Shown: in pieces, positions 1 to 11,652 of the stretch
Numbering within the stretch: the stretch's first letter is position 1
How the letters are laid out: each line of letters starts with the position of its first letter
Source of the DNA: Amoebophrya sp. A120
Lineage: Eukaryota > Protista > Dinoflagellata
NCBI GenBank assembly: GCA_905178155.1
Contig: CAJINV010000010.1
Span: 663,902-727,901 of the forward strand
DNA: 64,000 nucleotides
Reading direction: 5' to 3'
Translations under genes and position numbers: made by a program
Notes under the pieces: generated by a model
Database searches by the model: none
Seen by the model: only the letters and a program-made list of their open reading frames with translations
What the model was told of the DNA's origin: nothing

Positions 1-3000
1 CGCAGATGCACCTACAGCTACACCTCCGCCAACAACCACGGAACTCTTGGAACTCGAAGCAGACGTACAACCCGAAGAAAGAACATTTTGCGAATTCTTT
101 TTGCTTCTGCCCGAGCTCCGCCACTTCGCAAACCGGTCGAACTCGAGAAGAGCTGCGTCGGGTTGTTGTACTACCGCGGCTGAGGAGGAGGATATTTTGC
201 AACTGCCCCTTCTTTCATCAGCTTTCCCATGATCCGCGCTGCCTGTTTTTCCTTGTTCTGGATGGTCAGCAACATCACGATTTGTACCATGTGCGCTTTC
301 GTTTGCTCCTTGTTCTCCTTGCTCATCCCTCGTCCCCTCCGTTGGCGTCGGAGTAGAACAACTCAAGTTGGCATTGGAAGTACTAGAACTCGATTGTCCA
401 TACGCCCTCGTCGTCCTTTTCCGTGGTTGTGGTTGTAACGTCAAGTCCTTCCTTTTTACCGGTCTTAACCGTGATTTGTCATACAATGGATTGATCCACT
501 CCGAGTTTTTCTTCTGGCTCTGTGTGGACGTCCTCGCCTGCCGCGGGTCTTCGAATAGGGAAGTTATACTGCTAGAAGAACTCCTGCCCTCCTGATGTTC
601 CGACTCTTCTAGATGTCGCAGTTCCCCAAGTGCCCCCGGCGTAGTAGGAGGACCGCAGGCCGGTCCTGCTTCTCGTGAAGAAGTGGTAGACGACCTTAAC
701 TTCACAGAAAGTTTATTCTTGTTTTCATTCGAGCCACTGCTTCCACTTCCGCCTAACACTGTCGGTGTAGAAGCAGAATTTCTTGCGACCGGCAATGATG
801 AAGCAGATCCCGATCCGCCTCCTGCAACACTAAAATGGTCCGTTTTCGGCGTGGTCACACAGCTCGAAGCGCAGCTGATCTCTGACGCCGGAGACAACGT
901 CGTATTTCGATTCGAGAGATTTTTGTTCTGCGTCGCAAAGTCAGATGGTGTAAGAGTCTGCCGCCACGAACTACTGCGGGTGAGGTGTTGCTTGTCTGCT
1001 GACGGCGTAGGAGCTAGTGCACTTGAATTTTTGCTCGTGAGAAAACTCTGATGTTGCTCCGATCGACGACCATTGAAGCTGCGCCGACCCTCTACTCCTT
1101 GCTTATCGTCAGAAAGGAGCTCTAACCCCAGTCTTTCTTCCTTGGCTGGCAAGGCAGTGCGTGGCTCCTCCAGCTCGATGTCAAGTATGGGGTAACTGTC
1201 CAGTTGAGAAGCCGCTTCAACTTCATCGCCCGGAATCGGATGGGGCTCCGGTTGCGATACCCGCTGCTCTTTGGCATACACTTCTTCAAAATCTTCGAGA
1301 AGGTTCATCTCCACAATATCCGACGGAAACGCAGCGGACGTGGCGCTGCTGATAGAAGAACTTTTGATTACACACTTAGAAACTGGAGAGGCCTCGAGAC
1401 TGGTCGTGTCGATTTCGTCTTCTTCAGCGTCCTCGTCTTCACATCTGTTTTCTGCACTTGTCAAATGTAAAAGTGTCTGGGTCTGGAAGAGTACAACTTG
1501 TCATGTTAAATCTGAATCATACAAAAATCTGTGTTGCATGATTACCAATATATAAAGCTGTTCACTTTTGAGAAGGCCGAGAGGCAGTTTCTCATGCGGA
1601 AAAGGCATGGTAAAGATCTCACAGAATCTGTGATGCTAGGGCATGCATCACAGACCTCACACTTCATGCAAAACGTGCATGACAAACCTGGCAATCTTCC
1701 AGACCCAGACATTTTTACAATCCATAGCACTGCTCTCCTTGTTGCCATTTACCCCCTCCACGATTGGTTCCTTCTCTGTCGCTATGCATTGCAAAAGTAT
1801 CGTACTAGTATAAATTGCATTACAAATTTTATCAGAAAGAAAAGTGGAATTTGTAATGCTAATTCAGGTAAAAAGGTAGGTTCGTCATGCAAGATTGCAA
1901 TTAGTACGAGTACGATACTTTTGCACAGGATAGCCACTTGTGTTGGGGCAGATAGGACCTCCACCACAGGCTGCTGTGTAGAAGCCACTCCAATATGACC
2001 CTCCCCGCCACAGCCACTGCTCGTTGAGGATGAGGATACTGCAGCTCTCGTCGCGGAGAAAACATCACCCGAGAAGTCCTCTCCATCTGTCGTTTCCCGA
2101 CCTGCTCCCAGAGCGCCGCACGCACTGCTGCTAGCGGTGGAAGAAGATGAAAAACAGCTGCTGCGTTTCGCAGTGCAAAGCGACGCATCTCCCTGTAAGA
2201 CAGCGGCTTTGTCCGCGGGAGTCACCGTCCACGAGTTGCTGCAAGTGTGGCGTGCATCTGCAGTAGTGCTTGTAGTGGAGTAGGCCCTCGTGTAACTGCT
2301 GTCCCGAACTGATACATCGTCGTCGCAGCTGCCTTTCATGGCACTGCTTGACGCTGTGGTTGTCCCGACCACCGGTGGCAGATACACACTTGTCCGAAAC
2401 TGCTCCGGTAGTACAGCTGATTCTATACTCCTCCTGCCAGTCGCCATCGTAGTTCCAGTGCTCTCGAGGTGGGCCCGGTCCTCTTCACAGTGAAACTGAA
2501 ATGCTGCCGACGAGGAGGAAGAAGTGCTGCTACTGGTTGACCGATGACTGCTCGAACACGCATCACTCGCAGTTGACACGGAAGACGCGTCGGAATTGCG
2601 ATAGGTTGCTGCATCAGTGTCTTTGGCAGTATTTCTACTTCCAGAAAAGGAAGCTTCCTGGACTACACAAGAAGCTCCCCTGCTGCTGCTGCTGCTTTTC
2701 GAGCAACTGTCCCTTGTTCCAACTGTCAGATCCAGCAGCGACTCACCAACAGAAAGCGAATTGTAAAAGTCGTTTTCTGACAACGTGGTGAGATGGCCCC
2801 GGGTTATCGTGCTCCCTGCGTTGTGCGATGCAATTCCGCCGGTTCCACCTGGAGAAGGAATCACCGTCGTATCGAAGCTGCAATCCTCGCTCTCCCTTCT
2901 CCCCCCGACCCCACACACGCGACCGCATCTTCTGCGGAACCTCTGCCAGAACGAAGGTCGGCTGCGGCTGGAAGTAGCAACGATAGCGCCGGGTGAGCGA

Positions 3001-3008
3001 TCCTCCAT
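1..3008 (-). CDS. Ser-rich low-complexity hypothetical protein, 3' end runs off the window; 2 introner elements
   Basis: ORF 1782..3008. The frame continues (..EKEPIVEGVNGNKESSAENRCEDEDAEE..) after removing 1783-1932 and 1459-1726. Confidence 0.6.
1459..1726. mobile_element. Introner/MITE family A (GTCTGGGTCTGGAAG TIR core)
   Basis: TGTCAAATG...CAATCCATA ends; TSD GCACT/GCACT; removal restores frame. Confidence 0.9.
1783..1932. mobile_element. Introner family B (TGCAAAAGTATCG TIR core)
   Basis: TATGCATT...CAGGATA; degenerate TSD GTCGC/GCCAC; frame restored. Confidence 0.88.
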
Positions 3009-3963
3009 ATTGCGGTTGTCTACTTAGTTGGGGCGCAGTGTGTCGTGACACAACCAAAGCGAAAGAACTCTCAAAAGGTCAAAAGGCTAGAGTATCGTAA
3101 ACCCAACGTACCTTCACTCCACGATATTACAGAATACGCGATGAAACAACGACAACAACGACTCTGTCTTACTTTCGCAAAACGAAAAAAAAGAGAATTT
3201 CAGGAGCAAATCGGAATGCAGTTCTGATCGCACGATGTGGCACACGAGGAAATTAAGATCTCGGCACGGATGAATTGGACCGGTGTATACACAAATGCCT
3301 CCGGATAGAATTCAATTGTGACCGGGCGAACACTGTCATTTCGGATAGAAAAAACTGCTAGGTGTATTACTGCACAGGGTAGCCCGGCGCAAAGTGCATC
3401 TTTAAACATATTCGAAATTTTTCCTTTCTCCAACTACCAACGCGATTCCGGATCTTAAAGTGTTGATATCATCCACCGGCGGTGCAAAACTTTCGTAGTG
3501 TACACAGTCTTGTCTTCAAAATCGTTGCGGTCCTTGGATTTGAATGTGTTGCGCACGGGACAGCGACAGTCACAAGAACGAGAATCAGAAAAAATAAAAA
3601 ATTGTACGGCCCACAAAACCCATTTACTCCGCAAAACGCGACGTGAAAACGCGAATCGCAGAGCGAAGGGCGAACTGCCTGGGGGAAGCTGGAATTACAA
3701 AACGCCAAAATCATATCCACAGGCAGCTCTACTTTGTGTTTATCCAAACAAGCCGTGTAGTTTCTTGTAGCGACTATTGTGAACACGGTCCGCACAGGTA
3801 GAGCTTTCCTTCCCGGAAGAGGAAAAAAGCTCTAGCGGGCCGCGCTGTCTGAATCGCATAGGAGAATCTCTGATCTTGAACTCTCTGATCTTGAACTACC
3901 ACAGGATTTTCCCAAGCAGACACCAACATTTCTATACACGAAAAAAGACCGCGTCTGCGCATA

Positions 3964-5256
3964 TCAAAATAGCCCACCGAACCAGGTCCCGTCATCGGAC
4001 CCCTCCGGCTGCTCGTTTGGATTCACCCCCTGTTTCTTCACAGCCACGCTCCCACTATTGGGCTTGCTTTCCAGCTCCATTCCTATCTCCCCCTCGATCT
4101 CATCTATGAGACTTTCAGCCTTGCTTTCCCGGGCTCGCTCCCTCATCGCGAAGAACGAACTACCTCGCAATGGCGGGATCTTGGCGTGCCCCTGCTTCCC
4201 AATCGCGCCGGTGTGGAAGCTTTGCATTTGTTGAGCTGAGATATTAGCAGCAGTCGAGGCGGTAGTGGACGACGGCGGTCTCCTGTTCATCGCGTTAGAG
4301 TTTGTTCCTCGTCTACGTATCAACTGTAAAAATGTCTGGGTCTGGAAGAATCCAACTTGTCATGCTGATTTTGGATTCTAAAAAAATCTGTATTGCATGA
4401 GCAGCAAAGAGAGTCCAGGTTTTGCTACACGGAAAGAGCATTTGTCATGCGGTGTAGGCATCAGGAAGGCCTCACAAAATCTGTGATGCTAGGGCATGCA
4501 TCACAGCCATCAGGAGTCATGCAAAATGTGCATGACAAACCTCGCAATCTTCCAGACCCAGACATTTTTACATTTGATACTACGGCTATTTCTATCAGTG
4601 CTCCGTCTACTCTTCCGCCCAATCGCCACGCCCAAGGACTCTTCGGCTAGTTTCAGGCTGCTGCGGGCTTTCGCGAAATCCCTTTCGTAGTCGATAATAT
4701 CTTCTTCGGAAGATGAAATCTGCTTTGTCAGTTTGGCGCGGTCGTTTTGCAGTTGTTCCTGCTGCTGGTGGTACACTAGGGCAGAAGTATCTTTACCCTT
4801 ACTACCCAAGAAACCACGGTCCTCGTCTCCGCGAATGGAAGATGATCTTCTGTTAATCGATATCGACCCGCCGTTCAGACTATACCCACCTACTGAGCTG
4901 CGAAACGGCCCGCGGCCGCTGTTGTCTTTCCTCTTTCCCTTGGAACTAGCAGTGGTGGCTTTAGGTGACTTTTTCTTCCTTTCTTGTTCTCCTGTCGCCT
5001 CACTAGGTCTATCTTGCAGGTACTTTTCGACATTTTCGTATCTTTCTGGAAACAACACTCTATGCGTTTTCCGAATCACCGACGCAGCTGGGTGGGGGTG
5101 GAGGTCTTCTAAGTTATTTTCGTGAATATCGTAATTTTTATCCCGGTCGTCGTGGAGTAGAGTGGAGGCTTTGGAGACGGAGGGGGAATTCGATTTCGCC
5201 CGCGCTTTCTCGTTTTCCTTCTCTTTATCCATGTAATCCCTTATTTCATCCAGCAT
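3964..5256 (-). CDS. Hypothetical charged/coiled-coil protein (ends uncertain, further exons likely)
   Basis: ORFs 4510..5256 and 3964..4323 join in frame (DRNSR|RRGTNSN) after removing 4318-4579. Confidence 0.55.
4318..4579. mobile_element. Introner family A
   Basis: TATCAACTG...CATTTGATA; TSD CTACG/CTACG. Confidence 0.95.
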
Positions 5257-5301
5257 CTTGGCGGAACGCTCGCCTGTTTTTTAGTAGATGGATCTGCATT
5301 C

Positions 5302-5868
5302 TGTCCGCAAGAAAAAGGATAAGAGCTAGAGTATCAAGGAATGAACCCTGCTCCCCGTTACACTTGCGTCCTCTATTTTAGGTCTTGTTGTAGCCGTATG
5401 AAGCTACGAAAGGGAAACTTGTCATCGGATATGCTCAAGACCGCATAATTACTTATGCCTTTTGGTAGAATGGCGAACATTCAATTCTCAGGCGCGACGC
5501 AGCTGCACGAGAACGATCATTGCCACACTGTCTGTACACAAAGATACTTTATTCACATCAATGCCAGGCAAAAGCAGAAGCAGGCGCGAAGTTCAGTGGG
5601 AATGGTGTAATATTATGCTTTGTCCGCAAGAAAAAGGATAAGAGCTAGAGTATCAAGAAATAAACTCTGCTCCCCGTTACACTTGCGTCCTCTATTTTAG
5701 GTCTTGTTGTAGCCGTATGAAGCTACGAAAGAGAAACTTGTCATCGGATATGCTCAAGACCGCACAATGCGTTCTAGTGTATCGCCGAACGTTCAATTCT
5801 CAGGCGCTAAGCCGCTGCACGACGAGAATCTGCGCTCATTGCCAGCCTGTATGCACCAGAGATACTTT
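5302..5868. repeat. Imperfect direct duplication of ~250 bp (5302-~5550 and 5621-~5868)
   Basis: Both copies start TGTCCGCAAGAAAAAGGATAAGAGCTAGAGTATCAAG and align through GATACTTT. Confidence 0.85.
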
Positions 5869-6323
5869 CCAATATGGAGCTGTGCCGACTGTTTTCAGAG
5901 TCTGAAAGTAACACACCATGAGATTCACGGCGGTGCTACCCGCGTGACCCGAAGCTTTTTCTGCGTCCCAATGTAGCCGGCTAGCATAAAAAAGAATAAC
6001 TGCAGAGCCGGATATGCTGGAGACAGTAGGTCTTTTAGTACGCATGCCCAGAGAGAACTCCCATGCGGAGATAGATCTCGTACTGTTACAGAGAGCAAAA
6101 ATTGAATTCAAAGAGAATTGTCCCTTGCTTTGGATACTCGCTTGCATATGAAGGAAAAAACGCAAGCGAATTCGAGAGGCGAGAGTTCGGATTCTTTTTG
6201 AGCGATTGGAGATCCCAAGGGTATGAGAAAGAGACTCGTCTCGCGGAAACCGCAAGACGAATCCCAAGAAAACCACGTGGGGTACTATGATGCTCGGTTT
6301 TAGAACCTCTAGGTAGAGATTTT

Positions 6324-7695
6324 TCATGCGGAACTGCAAAGAAAGATAGGATCTGTCATGCAGAAAACAACAAATGCAATACCATTTCCCCAGATGTCGT
6401 CTGCGTCCATTACAGCTGGTGTGAAATTGTCCGGCGGACAGGTAAAATCCTTTCCACATTCAGGACAGGAAACCCGCTGCCACGGATTACCGGAAACCTG
6501 GATAAGAGTTTGGTCTTGATTTTGACTTGCCTCATGCAGTTCGACATTAAGGAAACCATTTTTCATGAGGCAAGACGCAATACAGGTTTCTTCCTTGTCA
6601 GATAGCGGTACTGAATTATTGGCTTTCTCCTCACTTTGCAATGAATCAGAAATCGTTCGTCAAATTTTGCTTCATCATTCTTGCTAACACGAGCAGAGAT
6701 GTAAGTAATGATCGCTCCTCTTTACTGCCATGTTAAGTGGCTTCTGCAATACAGATTCCCCTAAAATATTTCTGTCAGATAGCGGTACTGAATCTGGATT
6801 TCTCCTCACTTTGCAATGAATCAGAAATCGTTCGTCAAATTTTGCTTCATCATTGTTTCATTCTCTCTTGCAGCTCTCCGCAAGAGATGCGCTTTTTGTC
6901 ATGCGCAGTACAGCTGAAAACAGCTAAATACCAGTGACAACATCTTGTAGGACCCACCAATTACACCGGTGTTTTACCAAAGTGCCGGACGTGCTCAGAC
7001 CACAGAAAAATCGAGGTCTTCGCCCATCCGAAGGCAGAGATCCAAGCTATTTTAGAATCGCCGAAACGAGGATGCAGATACGGTTAATTTCTGACGAAAG
7101 AACCTGCAACCTAGCTGAGGGATTCGAATTTCGTGCAGGATCATCCCCATGACAAGATTTTTTTGTCATGGGAGAAAGCACATCACAGATTTCTATGGCT
7201 ATGTCACAACATTCTCAGCATTAGCATGGACAATATTCTGCGTATCCATCATGAGTTTGTGTTGGACTCAGACGGAGGCATTCGAAGTTTCTCATCAGGA
7301 TGTTGTTGGACTAAGTACTACCGCTTCTCGAAAAATCTGTATTGCAAATGGACTCCGATTTCGGATCGTGAACAGTTTCAATTTCGTGAATTTTAAGAAC
7401 GTTTGCCAAGCATGATCACACACATCTATAATACCGGCGCTCCGCATTTTGGGCAGTTGGTATCAACCGGGTACCGGCCCGCTAACTTGGCACAGCATAT
7501 TCTCACCTTCTCGGCACAAACGGAATACCAGGGTCGTTCCGGTGTCACCCCCGCCGTGACCGCGGCGATATCCGGGTCGTTTGCGGCACCAGTGGTCCTC
7601 ACGTCGAGAAAAGAAGAAGCAGCGCTGCGAAGATCTGTGAGAACGGAAGGAGATTGGGCGGGAGTGTTCGACCGAACGTCCTTCTCTTCAGCCAT
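6324..7695 (-). CDS. Cys-rich, possible zinc-ribbon hypothetical protein (exon structure and 3' end uncertain)
   Basis: ORF 7426..7695 (CPKCG) continues GSLPSDGRRPRFFCG...HRCNWW after removing 7048-7433; second CPEC in ORF 6324..6641. Confidence 0.35.
7048..7433. mobile_element. Putative degenerate introner (singleton)
   Basis: TATTTTAGA / TCTATAATA short IR; TSD CAAGC/CCGGC (3/5); internal CATGACAAG..TTGTCATG motifs. Confidence 0.5.
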
Positions 7696-8827
7696 TTTTC
7701 CGGCTGGACTACGGTGCGGGGTCTAGCGGAAACATGGTGAGTTGCGACAAACGGGGTAGTTCATACAGAGTGAACATGCTCAACTCAAATTGTTTCGGAT
7801 ATTTGACGGCTGGGCTTGCACACAACTAACTAATGATAATCGGCAAAACTACAGCAAGAACGAGGTCGGGGTACGACTCGACTATTTAGAGGCGCACAAC
7901 AGGTAGCTGCTTCAAGCGGTGTGAGGACAAACGAAGCTGATAACAGCCCTTGCAACATGGAAACTACAAAACCACGATTGGAACTAGTTGAAGCCACGAA
8001 CGCGCGAAACGCATGTACAACTACCGAATGACGCATGTACAACCGTCTGACGAACGAGTACTGAAAGAGGGTGCGGCACGACGGGTAGACTACTCTGGGA
8101 GGAGAAGGACGAACGAGTGGACGAAACGTGACGATGGTCTGTTTGGAAAAGCCGAAGAGCACGCGACAAACCGACTTGTATCACCAGAAGCAGGACCGAA
8201 GGGGAACTGACGAAGTGAGAAGCGACAAACCGAACTACTCATCTAGCTACCACGTGGCGTACCGAAGAGGGAAAAAAGTTTTCTACAATTGTATAATTCA
8301 GACGACATGAACAACGAATAATTTCAGTCGAAAATAACGCCACTGCGGCTCGCGCCGTCGCTACTCCACCGGCTTGCCAGTGCCCGCAGTGCAGCTGCTC
8401 GGGACACACGGCAGCCCTCTGTTTTCTTGAAAGGAATTGAGAAAATAACCTTCAATTTCTTAACATTTCCATTCTTCACCTCTGGGAATTGTTGTTGTCC
8501 TGCTGTTATCCGAACCTTTCTTGTCATCATGCCGTACGATGTACTTAGCTTCTGACAGAATTGTTCCAAACAGCCTTGCCAACGAATGTCTTGTTTTGTT
8601 TGTCTCAGTCTATCCGCATCTTCTAGGATGCCGTGCTACCCAAGACATAATCAAGTAAAATTCTACTCTGCAGAGGCGACTTTCACACGGCCTACCACAG
8701 CTGCGCTACTAGCCGCGTACAAAATAGCACGAGATCCTTTGTGTAGGAACAAAATTCTACCAAAAAATGTGAATCCACACATAATTTGAGTGACAAATCT
8801 TTTCCAATCCTCGTACTACCAGTCCAC

Positions 8828-10665
8828 TTAGTCCTTCTTGACGCGTCCGTAGAACTTGCGCTTCTCCTCGTAGGTCTGGAAGCGGCCGTGTCCGATCTTG
8901 GAGGAAGTGTCGATGAACTTCAGGGTGATCTCTTCCAGGGCGGCGCGCTTGGTCTGCGGGAGCAGGGACTGACGCAGGGTGACGCAGCGCTTCTTGGTTC
9001 CGGCGACGGAGCCCTTGATCATCAGCCAGTCCTCCTTGATCTCACCGTAGTGCGGGAACCCACCGAGCGGGGTGATGTTCTTGTCGGTCAGATCGTGGGT
9101 CGTGTTCGCGTCGTGCTCGTCCTCCTGTTGGGATTTGTAGTGCGGGAAGGGGGATGAGAAGAAAGATGTTGTGATATAATTATCCATGGACAAACACATT
9201 CCGAGTTGTACGATTACGTCAATTTTGCAAACAGAAGTAAAACCGTAACCGATATAATAGTTCTCGAAGTAGTTCTCATGCTAGTATTAAAACAGCAAAA
9301 GATCGAAACACACAGTCTCCCGTGCAAGAAGAAGCGAATCAAAAAATAAGATTCTTTACCTTGTTTCCGATGCGGTAGATCTTCTTGTTGATTTCGGTTC
9401 GGTGGTGGTAGCCGTTCTGACCCGCACGCGGGACCTGGAACTGCACGCGGGCCGGGTGCCAGGCACCGATACAGGCGACCTTGCGGAGACCACGGTGGGT
9501 CTTGCGGGGGAGGCGGGTGACGCCCCAACGGGTGACGACGCCGTCGATACCGCGACCCTTGGTCACGCCGATGATGTCGATCATCTCGTCCTTCTTGAAG
9601 ACGTCCGAGACACGCACCTCCTTCTCGAACAGACCCTTAGCGAAGTCGACCTGTGGGTAGGAGAAACGCAATTTGTAATGCGAAAACAACATGAGAAAGT
9701 AAGAAAAAGGCGACTCTCTGTAGAAAACTACCGACATGCTGGTGGTTGAACTAGGACAACTACATGATCATAAATGACTCTTCACATTACGACGCCCTCT
9801 CCTACTCCTACGTCATCTTTTCTATGCCAAAATCCTATAACAGTGTTTGTTTATACCTTGGCAGAGATGTCGGAGCCACCGTTGATCTGGATCTCCTTCA
9901 AGTGCGCCTTCTTCTGGCCAAGCTTGCACTTGTCGACCTGGGTGTGGCACAACAGACGGATGGTCTTGCAGTACTTCTTGGCGCGGTCGATCTGGGCGTC
10001 CATCTCGTTGGCCTCGAACTTCTTCTGGTAGTGGGAGAACGCCTTCTTCTTGGACTTGTACCTGTTTTTTGACAAAAGTATAAGCAATCACGCATGAGGA
10101 GAGGAAAAATAAAAATCGTTGTCAAGTCTGCATGAGATGAAACTCCTACTCAAAGTTTACTGTCAACCTCGCTGTAAAAAGAGCGTCAGCATAATCTTGC
10201 TTTGAGATGACTACATGAGGAGAGCCTCTAGTAGTCCGGTTTATCTACTTAAATCGCAACATCACAAGTTCATCATCTTCCTGTGATAGAAAAATTATAC
10301 CAGTTCTTGTAGAAGCGACGCTTCAAGTTGTCGGCCAAGTGGGCGGCGAAGACGGTGGTCAGTGCGCGCGGACCACGCGGGGTCTCCACGTATCCGACGA
10401 AACCAACGGCGACCATCGGCGGGGCCTCCAGGATGGTGACCGGCTCCACGACGTCCTTCTTGTCGACCTTGGAACCCGGGCGGGCGACGGTGCGCACAAT
10501 GTGGGTCATGCCAGCCTTGAAGGCCATAAAAGCAGTTAAATGGCAGGCCTTGGAAGCGTCGTCCTTCGGGAAGGACTTGATCTTGCCGTAATGGTGCTTG
10601 GTGCGCTTCTTCGGGAGGAAACCCAAGTTTCCGTGGCGCGGGCACTCGAACTTACGATGCGACAT
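8828..10665 (-). CDS. RPL3: 60S ribosomal protein L3 (uL3); exons 10301-10665, 9857-10061, 9360-9650, 8828-9124
   Basis: [53 protein letters not shown]; three canonical GT-AG introns; strong GC3 bias. Confidence 0.98.
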
Positions 10666-11652
10666 TTTGTGGTAGAGGTTTTTGTTTGTGACTTGATGCG
10701 TTAGTGCTGAGACTTAAATTCCCGTTTGAGAACGGAAGTGCGTTAAGAAGAGGTTATTCTTCCCTTCTTTGGTCCCTGTGGTGGTGGTGGGTGAGGGTCG
10801 GAAGGATTATGTTTATGAGGGGTTTTAAAATTGAATGTGATGGATCGTGCGAACTACATTTCATCTGCAAGATCTTCTCGCGGTTTATTTGTCTCCAAAT
10901 CCAGTGTATTTCCGGTTTCATCGTACCGAATTTAGATCGCAGTAGATTGTCATCACTTCAGAACAAAGAGCGCACCATCGAAACTCGTTTGTTCCTTGTC
11001 ATACAAATCTTCGGAACTCAGTTGTGACCTTTAGATCTCATGCTGCTACAACATCAATTCAATTTACCTAGAAGATCCTCTGCGAGATCAAAAGAGCCGA
11101 GCCTTTTTAATGCAGATCTGCATGGTCAACATGATCTCGGTGTGTACGTATCAATAAAGCTAGCTAGGGACCGATTTAGATCTTGGCGCGTCAAGGAATT
11201 GTATCACGATCGCAGTTACCTTTCAATTTTGGCCGCATTCTTTCGAGGTCGTTGAAACGGAACGGGCTACACGGCTCCTGCAGCCCCACAGCGCGCGTCG
11301 CGGTCAGGCTGTATGCTGGCGCACGTAATCTTCGCTGAAGCTTCTGGATTTGCGTATGGTTTATTTCGAAAGCATGGCACAGACTTGTCGTGTAGTAGGA
11401 CGTGCATTTATTCATCGACTAAGCCAGTTTTGCCATCTGATAGGTGAACTGTGAATTTAAAGGATTGAAATTTGGATACTTATTTGTAATCCGACATGAT
11501 CTTCAAGCTCGAAAAACATTAAAAAGACAATGCGGCCGCTCGTCATCCTCATCGCAGAAGTATTTACACATTATTCATTGCGCGTAGACAAGTATCATCA
11601 TCCAACTATACGTCGCTTTGAGTTCTAGAACAACCATTTCTCCTTCTAACTC

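Noticed and set aside
1461-1490. Recurrent peptides in the ORF track (CKNVWVWK, QTQTFLHL, PDPDIFT, KNPPSPY, YGEGGFF) as a protein repeat family
   Set aside because: They are translations of introner TIRs in various frames and are not part of the spliced proteins
4316-4581. TA-TSD Tc1/mariner (Stowaway-like) interpretation of the introners
   Set aside because: A variable 5-bp duplication lies outside the TA, and the frame and paralog comparisons require removing both TAs
6013-7433. 1.4-kb autonomous introner parent with TSD CCGGA/CCGGC
   Set aside because: End complementarity is poor and no transposase motif is visible. The 7048 boundary gives a better IR and a plausible Cys-rich exon. Not fully excluded.
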